Part shown: one piece after another, positions 17,298-26,502 of the stretch
Numbering within the stretch: the first letter of the stretch is position 1
Layout of the letters: the number at the start of each line of letters is the position of its first letter
From: a virus
Lineage: Duplodnaviria; Caudoviricetes
Length of the DNA: 37,372 nt
Strand: one strand, 5' to 3'
Virus record (IMG/VR): IMGVR_UViG_3300048574_000414
Coordinates: 1-37,372 of that record
Position numbers and translations under genes: made by a program
Notes under the pieces: model-generated
Database searches by the model: none
What the model saw: only the letters and a program-made list of their open reading frames with translations
What the model was told of the DNA's origin: nothing

Positions 17298-18663
17298 TTA
17301 CCTTCTTTACCTTGTGCATAATGGAGCCTATATCATCATGTTCATACCAGTGGATCTCCGTACGTATTTTTTTACCACTGACTATAATAATTCCTTCTCC
17401 GGTGACTTTGCGCCATCCGTCCGCGTTCGCATGCTGCAGCGCTTCCAGCCGATAACGTTCCCTGATCTCTTTTTTTGTTCCCTGCCCGGCAAATACCACA
17501 ACTTTTTCGATTTTTGAACCGGGTTCGAGAGGTACCTTTATTTTTTTTCCATTCAGGTCATACGATACGTATATATCTTTAGCTTTAGCTCCAACAGATC
17601 TTGGCACCATTATAGCATCTTTTGGAATCCCGTTCAATCGATTTGCTTTCAACATTGTTTGATATCGATTTCCGTTGGCTGCCTTATCCCGCCTGAATTC
17701 TGAAAAAGTCTTATGCGCATATTCCGGATACTTTGCACGGTATTTTTCCCATTGCCTCCGGTCCTGCCAGCGTTCGCGCTTCTCGGCCTGTATGGCGTTG
17801 TATTTATCCACTTCTGCCTGGGCGCGGGTATCGCCGCGGACGGGCTTATTGGCATCAGCCAGATACTTGGCGCGTTCTTCCTCCGTCCATAGAGCCTCTA
17901 CAGTAATCACCAGCTTGTGCCTGCAGCGCGGGTGAATGGTCTTAAATCCCTTGTCGAAACCCGGTACCGACGATAGGGCGGGAAAGCGTGTGTCCTTCCC
18001 GGATACGGAAAACACACGGCCTTGTATAGGAGCACAGACTTCGCACGTTGGAGAGTGGGTAGTGAATTTAACAAGATCGTACCCCAGCTGCCGGCCGGTT
18101 TCCATGGATGCCGTGTTTGTTGCCTCGCTGGTAGTGGTACGCGCCACCAGTTCCGCGTAACTGTCAAGGCGATGTTTGCGCCCGGCGCTGTCCGTCATGG
18201 CGATCATGCCCTGGGTGCGCAGCTGCTCCGCAATGCGCTTTTTGATTTGCGGTATGGTCTGCCCGGTAGATAGCTTTTCCGCAACGGTATCCAGGCCAAT
18301 CTTCCGGATCGTGTCCGCTGTATGTCTTCCAAAATACCGGTTAGCGTTTGCGAGTTCATCGACAGCGTTTTCAGCAATCAACTGCATCGCTTCACGGTTT
18401 AGGCCGCCAAAAGGCCCGGCTTGGATATTTTTTAGTGCCTGAGTTTCAGCTCCGGTATACGCTTTTTTAACCAGTGCGGCCAGTTCTCTTGCCGCCTCGA
18501 TATCAAGATCCGCGACGGTTAATTCGATTTCCTTCAGCAGCCGTTTGTAAAATCCGTCCCAGGCTGCGCCGGGCGGAAGGTTCGCGATCCGTTTTAGCAG
18601 ACGTTCAAAACTGTTTTTGTAATAAGTAACGAGCCTTGTATTAATCTGCTCTTGGGGCGTCAT
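17272..18663 (-). CDS. Minor capsid/head morphogenesis (MuF-like) protein with C-terminal toxin-like extension
   Basis: After the portal gene; YAELVARTT, CEVCAPIQGRVFS and HPRCRH motifs, then an extra ~115-aa domain (SVGAKA...FAGQGT...WRKVTG...EIHWYEH). Confidence 0.82.
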   Translation of the reverse strand: MTPQEQINTRLVTYYKNSFERLLKRIANLPPGAAWDGFYKRLLKEIELTVADLDIEAARELAALVKKAYTGAETQALKNIQAGPFGGLNREAMQLIAENAVDELANANRYFGRHTADTIRKIGLDTVAEKLSTGQTIPQIKKRIAEQLRTQGMIAMTDSAGRKHRLDSYAELVARTTTSEATNTASMETGRQLGYDLVKFTTHSPTCEVCAPIQGRVFSVSGKDTRFPALSSVPGFDKGFKTIHPRCRHKLVITVEALWTEEERAKYLADANKPVRGDTRAQAEVDKYNAIQAEKRERWQDRRQWEKYRAKYPEYAHKTFSEFRRDKAANGNRYQTMLKANRLNGIPKDAIMVPRSVGAKAKDIYVSYDLNGKKIKVPLEPGSKIEKVVVFAGQGTKKEIRERYRLEALQHANADGWRKVTGEGIIIVSGKKIRTEIHWYEHDDIGSIMHKVKKVIDDGTKQS

Positions 18664-20036
18664 TACTCATCACCGTCCGCGGTTTCGACAACTTTCGGCA
18701 CGTTTACCACCGGGGCCGCCGCCGCGTCTTCATCGTGGATCTGCTTTAATTCTTCTTTCACTTCGGCGTCAGAGAGACCGCGTTTTTTCAAGGCGGTGTA
18801 CTGGCTCATTACAGGCTTTTGGCCGGTTGCCGCTGTCAGCATTTCGATCTGTTCAACTTCATCTATGGGTAGGCCATCGCACCAATGGATCGTCAGCGTC
18901 TTGTAATCAATCTTTATGCCGTTTAACGTTGCAAGCGCGAAAATGATTTTTTTAACGGTAGCATTGTTTATGCCTGCCAGGCGCTGCGCTTTGACACGCG
19001 GGGAAACCATACGAAGCTTCAGCGCGGTACCGGAACTGTCGTTGCCGCCGCCGGCATCCGCAAATGCCTGTCCCATTTCTGTCAGGATGTAAAGCTGGTT
19101 TAATAAAAGTTCGATCTCTTTATACGAGGATTCCAGGTTACCATCCCATGTAACGTATTCAAACGCCGGATCCTCTTTAGCCGCGCGCTTGAAATAGTTA
19201 CCCAAAGGGACATACCACGTATGAAATTTTTCGTCGTATTCCAATGCGGATTCAGGGCCTGACATGGACGGCTCGGAATGTTTGTCTAAAATCGTATCTG
19301 CACAGTGAAGCCGCCACATGATCTTTTTAACTATGCTGTTGATGATATTGTAATCATCCAGCCCGTATATGCTGCCGCTGTGCGTAAGGTTCGTTAAAGC
19401 ATGCACAGCCGGGATCTCCAGATTTGTCGATGTTATTACAGGCTTTTGGACTTCCGCGCCGATCTTGCTTTCGCTGTGATTATATTCATAACATCTTGTC
19501 TCCAGGCTCCCGGGCGTGTGAATTTCAGCGTATAGCCTGGTCATGTTGCCTTCGGCGTCAGGTTCGGTTAAATACGCGATTACGTGCATTTTTATCTTTT
19601 TCAGGTTTGTCGAATCGACAATAGGAAACCAGCAAGACGGCGATACCACGGATACTTCCTTATCGACAAACTTGAGAATACCGTTGCCCTTCATGCTGAC
19701 GTCAAGAAAGCCTTCGAATAGAATTGCAAAAAATTTCTGATCATCCAGCATTTCAACCAATTGGTCGGTATTGCCTTCAGTTTCTATCTTGGGTGGTTCT
19801 CCGCATACAAAGTCCGCCGTTTTTTTTGTCAGGATCTGATGATAATTTAAAACTGTATCAGCGTCATAGTTTGATTTTTTGCATTTTTCTGCCAGTTTTT
19901 TAAATGCGGTTTTCCAAACCCCGTTATGTTCTGTTAAAAAAAACTTTTCGTTTTCTGCGTATTGCTCCAGCCTTTTTTTCTCACCTGCCGGCGGCCATGG
20001 CGCGCCCGGCGCCAGCCAGGATAAATTCGTAAGCAT
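18663..20036 (-). CDS. Portal protein (SPP1 gp6-like)
   Basis: After TerL; ADFVCGEPP, GLDDY, SGTALKLRM and IHWCDGLP motifs. AAGGAG RBS supports start at 20036. Confidence 0.88.
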   Translation of the reverse strand: MLTNLSWLAPGAPWPPAGEKKRLEQYAENEKFFLTEHNGVWKTAFKKLAEKCKKSNYDADTVLNYHQILTKKTADFVCGEPPKIETEGNTDQLVEMLDDQKFFAILFEGFLDVSMKGNGILKFVDKEVSVVSPSCWFPIVDSTNLKKIKMHVIAYLTEPDAEGNMTRLYAEIHTPGSLETRCYEYNHSESKIGAEVQKPVITSTNLEIPAVHALTNLTHSGSIYGLDDYNIINSIVKKIMWRLHCADTILDKHSEPSMSGPESALEYDEKFHTWYVPLGNYFKRAAKEDPAFEYVTWDGNLESSYKEIELLLNQLYILTEMGQAFADAGGGNDSSGTALKLRMVSPRVKAQRLAGINNATVKKIIFALATLNGIKIDYKTLTIHWCDGLPIDEVEQIEMLTAATGQKPVMSQYTALKKRGLSDAEVKEELKQIHDEDAAAAPVVNVPKVVETADGDE

Positions 20037-20050
20037 GTATTTTACTCCTT

Positions 20051-21784
20051 TCACATGGCCACGTTAACAAAGCCCGATTTGCTCTTTTTAACCGCAAGGC
20101 TGCGGCAGCCCTCCAGGGCGTCAGGGCCGTCGTCATGGTCGGCCATCGGGAAGAATTTAAGCTGCTCCAGCAGCCGTTTATGCTGCTGATTGAATTTTAT
20201 GTATTTATTTTTGATATCCGGCTGCAGCGTCTGAACGCGCAATAATTTATCCGATGTTTGGTTGACTTCCACGATCGGAAGATAAATGCGGCGCGCTGCG
20301 CTGGCCTTGGCAAGCTGCTCTTTTAAAAACCATTGGAATTGGTTTGTTTCGGCTCCGAATTTCTGATAGCGTTTTTTGAAAGCCTTATGCAGCCATATAG
20401 CTTTTTGCATGACGTCTTCAATGATCTGATCCGGATGCCGGCGTTCGATGTCTGCGTCCACGCAATACATATATCCGGTGATATTATCCAGCGCCAGCGT
20501 GATGATCGCGGAAAAGTCGCTTTTTTTGGTTTTCCCAAGGGACGGATCGACAAAACCGAAGAAGCTGAAGCGCATTGCGGAAAAATCGATCTCATGCGGA
20601 TTGAAGTAATCAAACCATTCCTCGTTAAACAAGCAGTCCTCCGGATTGATCGGCTCGTTCTGCAGCTCGCTGTTAAAGGATGCTTCTCCGCCGTCCACGC
20701 GCTCGCGCATCAGGTCGTAATAGCTGTTCTTTTCCTCCCACAAAACCTTTGTGCCTTCCAGCATTTCAGCTTTATGGGCCTCGAAGAACGCAAGCGCATC
20801 CGCTTCATGCTCATCGTTCGCAAGGTCGATGTAAATTTTTTCCCACTCATCCCAAAGCTTTGAGGAGGAAAAGACCATAACCGCTTTATATTTTACTCCA
20901 CGGAAACCCGGATTTTTAAGCACCTTGGCAAGCAGGCTGTCATAATGCAGCAACGTTCCGATATAGATAAAATCCGTATAATCATCGCCAGCCTTGCTGA
21001 CCGCTTTTGTAAACCAGTTATATAGTTTATTGCGCTGCTCGGGCGTGCGCACGTTTTCATCATTTTCAATATCATCAAGTACAATGAGATCCGGGCGCCA
21101 GTTTTTATGCTTTAAACCGCGGACCTTTTGCCCCGCGCCAAGCGCCTGTACTTTAATTCCCGTTTTTGTAAGCAGGATATCCTCACGCCACACGCCGCCG
21201 CGAAGGTCGCCGAAATCTTCACGTATGGCATCATTTTCTTCGATTTCTTCCTGGATTGCGCCAAGGAAGCCCGCGGCCTGTGCAAACGTATCCGACATAA
21301 GCAGAATATAGTGCTTATATTCATAAAGCGTAGCATGCAGCGAATCCTTAAACGTAAGGTTTGTGCTTTTTGCGTGTCCGCGGGGCGCCGCGGTTACGCG
21401 CTTGCAGCCCTTCATTCGGCAAATCGTTTTTGCATCTGTATAGGGATCCAGCTTTTTCAGAACGCCGTCCGTCCAGAGGTGATCCAAGTCCCGGTGAAAT
21501 TCAGGAGACGGCCTGCTGAAATAATGGGGAAGGTAGGCGCGGCCAAAGTAACCCAAGTCAAAAGCGCCCAGCTTTTTTCTTATCCCATCCGGGCCGGTCA
21601 ATTTTGCGCCGGCCTGGTATTCTATCAGCAGCTCTTGACGGCGCGGATGATCGTCGAGTGTTAAATACTTTTCGACCAGTGTTTTAATAGCGTTTAAATC
21701 GACTTTTATATTCTCGCTGTTTTTCCGATCAGCAGCCAATATCGCATCATTTAAGACCTGTATGCTCTTTTTTTTATTAGCCAT
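20051..21784 (-). CDS. terL: Terminase large subunit
   Basis: APRGHAKST Walker A, LIVLDDIE Walker B, FVDPSLG and HDDGPDAL nuclease motifs. Confidence 0.95.
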   Translation of the reverse strand: MANKKKSIQVLNDAILAADRKNSENIKVDLNAIKTLVEKYLTLDDHPRRQELLIEYQAGAKLTGPDGIRKKLGAFDLGYFGRAYLPHYFSRPSPEFHRDLDHLWTDGVLKKLDPYTDAKTICRMKGCKRVTAAPRGHAKSTNLTFKDSLHATLYEYKHYILLMSDTFAQAAGFLGAIQEEIEENDAIREDFGDLRGGVWREDILLTKTGIKVQALGAGQKVRGLKHKNWRPDLIVLDDIENDENVRTPEQRNKLYNWFTKAVSKAGDDYTDFIYIGTLLHYDSLLAKVLKNPGFRGVKYKAVMVFSSSKLWDEWEKIYIDLANDEHEADALAFFEAHKAEMLEGTKVLWEEKNSYYDLMRERVDGGEASFNSELQNEPINPEDCLFNEEWFDYFNPHEIDFSAMRFSFFGFVDPSLGKTKKSDFSAIITLALDNITGYMYCVDADIERRHPDQIIEDVMQKAIWLHKAFKKRYQKFGAETNQFQWFLKEQLAKASAARRIYLPIVEVNQTSDKLLRVQTLQPDIKNKYIKFNQQHKRLLEQLKFFPMADHDDGPDALEGCRSLAVKKSKSGFVNVAM

Positions 21785-21958
21785 TATGCTGCCTCACTCT
21801 CTTGATAAATTAAACCGCCCCAAATTTGCCCGTTATGGCCTCTTACCCGCGCCGGATTTTTGCGCGTCCGTTTCTGCGCCTAAGCAATTTTTAAAACTGT
21901 AAAACACATTTAAACGGTTTTTAAACGCATTGAAATATATTGTCCTTGCCGCGGCATC

Positions 21959-21980
21959 AAAAAACACCCTTCAAAGGGTG
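21959..21980 (-). terminator. Intrinsic terminator between the NusG-paralog gene and terL
   Basis: CACCC-TTTGAA-GGGTG followed by TTTTTT. Confidence 0.75.
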
Positions 21981-22104
21981 CGCTTCGCCATCCGGACGAC
22001 TGTTTTGTCCGTGATTTTCGTTTCTATGACGCCGATCCGCGCGAGGCGGGGGACGAATCAACCCCGCCCTTGCGAATGGTTTTGGAGGTCTTTTAATGGC
22101 TGTT

Positions 22105-22590
22105 TTAATCGCCGTTAAAATCTATACATTCTGTCGATAGGCTGACGGTCTGCTGTTCGCCGTTGATCATGATCGAAACCTTAGCCCGGCGCTGCCGTTT
22201 GTCTATCGACAATATTAACGCTTCATAGCCCTTTAGGGGTCCGGATAGGATATTACCGTCTTTGTCTATCTGTGAAACTTCCAGCGGTTTGTTTTCTCCG
22301 TTGAGCCATTCGATGTATTTCTCTTCGGCTGCCGGCAGCTCCGCGGGAGTGCCTTCACCCAAAAACTTGATTACGTTCGTAATGGCTTTTATCTTATAGT
22401 ACGCCTGCAGGTTGAGGATCGTATCTATAAATACATAGCCGGGGAAGAGGACGCGCTCCTTTTTCTCAATTTTGCCGTTCTTTCGCTCCGTGCATATTTC
22501 ACGCGGCACCAGGGCGCGGCAATATATCTTTTTGAGTTCTCCGGATACGGCCAGCTCCTTGCCCGTGGTCACATGCAAAACATAGATCAT
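22105..22590 (-). CDS. NusG-paralog transcription antiterminator (NGN + KOW; LoaP/UpxY-like)
   Basis: YVLHVTTGKE, LFPGYVFI, VIKFLG and ILSGPLKGYEALI..IDKRQRRAKV motifs. Confidence 0.88.
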   Translation of the reverse strand: MIYVLHVTTGKELAVSGELKKIYCRALVPREICTERKNGKIEKKERVLFPGYVFIDTILNLQAYYKIKAITNVIKFLGEGTPAELPAAEEKYIEWLNGENKPLEVSQIDKDGNILSGPLKGYEALILSIDKRQRRAKVSIMINGEQQTVSLSTECIDFNGD

Positions 22591-23126
22591 AGCGTTTCAC
22601 CTTTGGTTGCAAGAAAGCCGCTGACCTCTTTATACAGATCGGGCCGTTCCTTTGCCATCGCTTCAAATACCAGCACCTTAACCTGCTCAAAGCCTGCATC
22701 CAGGATATCCTTGTTCTTGAGATCCACGTTGTTCTTATAGGAGGCGGTGCGGACAAGGGCTGTAGCCTGGCGTATCAGCTTTGAGGGATCGATCGCCGCC
22801 CAGCGTTCCTTCGGCGTGTTGTTTATAGCCTCCAGTACTTGGTGGGAGAGCAGCCGGATAATGCCTTCGCTGGTGTCAAGCTGCGGGTACCGGTTGACCT
22901 CTTCCATGATCACGCGGAAATTCTCCTGCGCCATGCGCAGCGTCTGAAGCGTTTTGTTCAGGTTCCCGGCGTGCCTGCAGACCGAGGCGATTGATATATC
23001 ATAGCCGTTACGCTTGATGTAGTCCGCGATTTCGGCATAGGTAAAATTGGTCTGCATCATCTGTTCGACGTCGTCCTTAAGCTTATCCGGAAGCTTGTCG
23101 ATTTTAGAATGTTTGCGTCTTATCAT
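22587..23126 (-). CDS. Mu gp27-like (DUF3486) protein, putative terminase small subunit
   Basis: RRKHSKIDKLPD...TYAEIADYIKRNGYDISIASVCRH pattern; likely start at 23126. Confidence 0.75.
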   Translation of the reverse strand: MIRRKHSKIDKLPDKLKDDVEQMMQTNFTYAEIADYIKRNGYDISIASVCRHAGNLNKTLQTLRMAQENFRVIMEEVNRYPQLDTSEGIIRLLSHQVLEAINNTPKERWAAIDPSKLIRQATALVRTASYKNNVDLKNKDILDAGFEQVKVLVFEAMAKERPDLYKEVSGFLATKGETL

Positions 23127-23139
23127 CAAACCGCCCCCA

Positions 23140-23472
23140 TCAGGCTTTGACGCAGGCGTCCGCGATTCCGCCGGCAAGCAGTTTTATCCCCTTGCCCGTG
23201 AGCTTCGCTTCCAGCTGCCTGTAATCGATGTCAGCCAGGCCGGTCACAGCTTCCGCTTTCGTTTCCGTGTCACGTAGATGGATGTAACCTTCCTCATGCA
23301 GATAGTTGATGCTGTCCAGGAATTCATCTTCTTCGAGATCCGGCAGCGCATAGCATATACCGGAAAGCTTGTTGTATTCATGGCGGAGGATGTTGACGGT
23401 GCGCAGTACGACGCCGTTGTTTTCGATAAAGTTCCCGGCGCGGATTTTGCGTTTGATCGTTTCTTTATCCAT
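23140..23472 (-). CDS. Winged-helix phage protein (Mu gp26-like position)
   Basis: GGAGG RBS before MDKETIK (23472); INYLHEEGYI...AKLTGKGIKLL pattern. Confidence 0.6.
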   Translation of the reverse strand: MDKETIKRKIRAGNFIENNGVVLRTVNILRHEYNKLSGICYALPDLEEDEFLDSINYLHEEGYIHLRDTETKAEAVTGLADIDYRQLEAKLTGKGIKLLAGGIADACVKA

Positions 23473-23764
23473 TCGATTTATTTCCTCCTTTGATATCAAG
23501 CAGTATCTCCATGATCCTGTCCAGCTTCCGGTCGGTCTTGGCCTGTTCCCTGAAAAAATCCTCTTTGGTGAGATAGCTTGTTTTGATCTCACCGATATCG
23601 CGATATAGCTTTTGAACATCGGCTTGGACGGAGATAAGATCTTCCTTATCCGCTTTGCATGCCTCCAGCCGGTCAATCTGGTTATAGGATCGTTTTAAGA
23701 AAAATCCTATAATACCAATTCCAAGGGCGTATACATATCCGAAGATCTTCTCGATAATTTCCAT
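23465..23764 (-). CDS. Single-TM coiled-coil protein, first late gene
   Basis: N-terminal TM segment (GYVYALGIGIIGFFLK) followed by coiled coil; directly downstream of the late promoter. Confidence 0.6.
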   Translation of the reverse strand: MEIIEKIFGYVYALGIGIIGFFLKRSYNQIDRLEACKADKEDLISVQADVQKLYRDIGEIKTSYLTKEDFFREQAKTDRKLDRIMEILLDIKGGNKSNG

Positions 23765-23777
23765 TCGACACCGCCGC

Positions 23778-23868
23778 AAAATAAAAATGGTAGATATAAC
23801 TCTGTGTTATATACTACCATTTGCTTTTGCACCAGTCTTTTGAAGTACTTCATGGAACTACTTCAAAA
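23778..23868 (-). promoter_or_regulatory. Mor/C-activated late promoter with dyad activator site; -10 embedded in a terminator hairpin
   Basis: Dyad TTTTGAAGTACTTC-ATG-GAACTACTTCAAAA (23838-23868); extended -10 TGgTAGTAT (23816-23811) with no -35; hairpin 23785-23822 followed by a T run. Confidence 0.65.
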
Positions 23869-23877
23869 AAGCAGTTC

Positions 23878-24195
23878 CTATCCAAACATTCCGATCTGTC
23901 CGGGGATGGGAGCGCGTTTCATTTTTTCGTGTATGTCCTCGCATATGCTGCGGATCCACCGTTCGGACAATCCCCATTTCTGCGCCAGTTCCAGGGCGTT
24001 GTATCCATTGTATGCGGCGCGGATTAGGCTGTCTCGCAACGCAATCGTTACCGTATCTACGGTCGGCACATATATTGTCGACCCGGAATAAATTCGCAGC
24101 AGCTCCCGGTATTTGTCAATCCCCACGATATCCGCAAGCTGGCGTTGATCTCCTTCCAAATGTTCCAACTGCAGCTGCTCCAGTAAATCGTTCAT
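23878..24195 (-). CDS. mor: Mor/C-family transcription activator
   Basis: LADIVGID...YSGSTIYVP...RDSLIRAAYNGYNALELAQKWGLSERWIRSI. Confidence 0.88.
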   Translation of the reverse strand: MNDLLEQLQLEHLEGDQRQLADIVGIDKYRELLRIYSGSTIYVPTVDTVTIALRDSLIRAAYNGYNALELAQKWGLSERWIRSICEDIHEKMKRAPIPGQIGMFG

Positions 24196-24695
24196 TAACC
24201 CGACCCCCTTTTACGCGCCGCGCCTTCGGCAGACCGCACATACCGCTTCAGATGCTCGATCAGCTGCGTACCCTGTTCAAACGTCACCCAGTCGAAAGGC
24301 TTTTCCACGCCGGCGTCAACGCCGAGGATCCGCTTGATGGCGCCCACCATGCGCTGTCCAGCTATCGCTGTCGAATTCTTAGTGTCGAGCTCCTGCAGGC
24401 GGTATATCATCCGCCAGGCAAGGCCCTGCTGGGCTGGGTTCATCATGCCCGGCGCGGTGTCCGGCTTCGGTTTGGCTTTTAACGGCGCCGTCCTGTTTTT
24501 ATATTGCAGGAGGGTAAGCAGCTCGCGTTCCACATTTCTAAATTCCGGCGCGGTTAGATCTCTTACGCTGTCTTTTTCAGTCAGGCGGTGGATCATGTCG
24601 TGCAGGTGATCGTCATGGCTGCCGGACACCACCAGCCCCAGCGCGCCGCCCAGCGCGTATATGCGTTTGATCTGTTCCTTTGTAATGGTTGCCAT
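24195..24695 (-). CDS. gemA: GemA/Mu gp16-like regulatory protein (DUF1018)
   Basis: QIKRIYALGGALGL...TEKDSVRDLT...LIEHLK; directly upstream of mor as in Mu-like phages. Confidence 0.75.
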   Translation of the reverse strand: MATITKEQIKRIYALGGALGLVVSGSHDDHLHDMIHRLTEKDSVRDLTAPEFRNVERELLTLLQYKNRTAPLKAKPKPDTAPGMMNPAQQGLAWRMIYRLQELDTKNSTAIAGQRMVGAIKRILGVDAGVEKPFDWVTFEQGTQLIEHLKRYVRSAEGAARKRGSG

Positions 24696-25732
24696 TAAAA
24701 TCCCTCCTCATTTTTTTTACAATGGTCGCACACATCAATCTTTTTTCGGCTGATCACCGCCGCGCCGCAGCGGCGGCAATATTGTGGTCTGATTCGCTGG
24801 AAGCTCGTGCAGCTATCGCAGTTCGTTTCTCCCACGGTACAGCCTTTTACATCATCCCAATGCATGCATACGTCTTTTTGCCAGTATTCGCCGAATGCGA
24901 GCACGTTTCTGCGCTTTATCAATACCTCTATCAATTCCGGCACCAGTTTCAGCTTGTTTTCTTTTTGACGGGTATTTCGGTATGCGCGCTTCGACATTTC
25001 CGGATCAAGGATCCGTTCATGCTTCCCGCGCACCTGCATGGCCGTCCGGCCAAGTTCATCCGCTATCCGTTCATAGCTGTATCCTTTTTCAAACAGATCT
25101 AACAATATCTCGGCTTCATCGGCCGGCCAAAGCTTTGGCTCCATCCGTAAAGGGCGCTGCCGTATACCAAGGTCGCATATTCTGCGCTTTATAGCGCCTT
25201 CTGAACGCAGGAGGCGTTTGCTTAAATCCGCGTATGTATATTTATATTGCATCAGCAGCGTTCTAAGCAGGTTGTCCGACTCCGGCGTCCACGGATCGTT
25301 ATTCGGCCGCATACGGTTCCGAATATCTTCGCGGCGTTTTTCTTTTACCCACTTCGGTTCAATTCCCAGTGCGTTTTCTACAAATACGGCGAAATCGAGC
25401 ATGGTCTTGTTTTTCTTTGCCCAGCGCCAGAAAGCACTGATATCGACCACCCGGAAGGATGAGCTTATAACCCTATGCATTTTGACCGGACAACCGGCTT
25501 TTAGAAGCCGCTGCACCGAATAGCTCCCGTTGTCAATTCCCAGCGCCAGCAACAGTTGGTTAAAGGATACATGCTCTCCGGCTTGTAAATGGCCCTGAAG
25601 CCCGAGCTTTTGTGCTTTAATTCTTATTGCCTCAACGCTTCTTCCCAGCTTATTCCCAATGCCCGGCATTGAAACCGTACCCCACTTGTCCTGCAGATAT
25701 TCTTTTTCTTCATTTGTCCAGGGCTTTGCCAT
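24695..25732 (-). CDS. DNA-binding protein with three Myb/HTH-like repeats and a C-terminal Cys cluster
   Basis: Repeats WTNEEKEYL..LGRSVEAI, WTPESDNLL..LLRSEGAI and WPADEAEIL..LGRTAMQV; C-terminal CxxC pairs. Confidence 0.6.
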   Translation of the reverse strand: MAKPWTNEEKEYLQDKWGTVSMPGIGNKLGRSVEAIRIKAQKLGLQGHLQAGEHVSFNQLLLALGIDNGSYSVQRLLKAGCPVKMHRVISSSFRVVDISAFWRWAKKNKTMLDFAVFVENALGIEPKWVKEKRREDIRNRMRPNNDPWTPESDNLLRTLLMQYKYTYADLSKRLLRSEGAIKRRICDLGIRQRPLRMEPKLWPADEAEILLDLFEKGYSYERIADELGRTAMQVRGKHERILDPEMSKRAYRNTRQKENKLKLVPELIEVLIKRRNVLAFGEYWQKDVCMHWDDVKGCTVGETNCDSCTSFQRIRPQYCRRCGAAVISRKKIDVCDHCKKNEEGF

Positions 25733-25741
25733 AACCTCACC

Positions 25742-26293
25742 TTATTGATTAACCAATAGATACAGATCCTCACCCTCCGGAATGGGGCAATCCTTTTTCC
25801 ACTGCATAGGCCGTATCTCATTCCAATTAAAGAAATTAATATCTTCCATAAGCACTTTGGTAAAAATACGGTCGTCAATCGATAGCCGGAAGTATTGACC
25901 AGGGCGGCGGTTCGCTTTCAACAGAGCAGTCATGCGCTTGAGCGCGTACAGGTCTGTTTCATCCGCTTCGGCGTGTACCGTATAGGTCAACCCGTCGATC
26001 AGTGTCAGCAGCAGGCAAGTATACATAGTGTATTCAAAGTATGCTGTGTATAAAAATAACTTGCCGGTATACTTCCTGCTCCTTAAAAACTCCGCTATCC
26101 GTATGGTCTCTTCAGGTACCAGCATCGGCTCGCCTCCGGAGAGCATGATCTCCTCATAGTCGAGTAGCTGCGTCAGATCGCGAAGCTCTTGGTATGCGCC
26201 GGGCGCAAGCTTTTCGTTTGCGCATCCGGGGCAATTCCGGTTACACCGCATGGTCACCAGCACTCTGGCTTTGCGTTTATACTTCACAGCCAT
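25742..26293 (-). CDS. Radical SAM domain protein
   Basis: CNRNCPGC (CxxxCxxC) and SGGEPM motifs. Confidence 0.85.
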   Translation of the reverse strand: MAVKYKRKARVLVTMRCNRNCPGCANEKLAPGAYQELRDLTQLLDYEEIMLSGGEPMLVPEETIRIAEFLRSRKYTGKLFLYTAYFEYTMYTCLLLTLIDGLTYTVHAEADETDLYALKRMTALLKANRRPGQYFRLSIDDRIFTKVLMEDINFFNWNEIRPMQWKKDCPIPEGEDLYLLVNQ

Positions 26294-26499
26294 GGATACA
26301 CCTCGTTATATACCGGCTTGAACCATCCCGGAGGCGGATGACCGATTTCACCGTAATCGTCGGTGATTTCATACATCACCTGGTCGTCGCCGATCTCCAT
26401 CCAAACCACCGCGTCATATACATTATCCTTTGTCCACCTGGGGGACTGGTTTGTCAGGCAAACAACCCTTGATTTTTCTCCTTTTGCCATCACCATCAC
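26284..26499 (-). CDS. Hypothetical phage protein
   Basis: Tightly packed in the early operon between gam and the radical SAM gene. Confidence 0.55.
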   Translation of the reverse strand: MMVMAKGEKSRVVCLTNQSPRWTKDNVYDAVVWMEIGDDQVMYEITDDYGEIGHPPPGWFKPVYNEVYPWL

Positions 26500-26502
26500 C
26501 GC

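Noticed and set aside
21930-22118. 62-aa plus-strand ORF in the late leader
   Set aside because: TTG start without RBS; the region is better explained by minus-strand RNA structure and a terminator.
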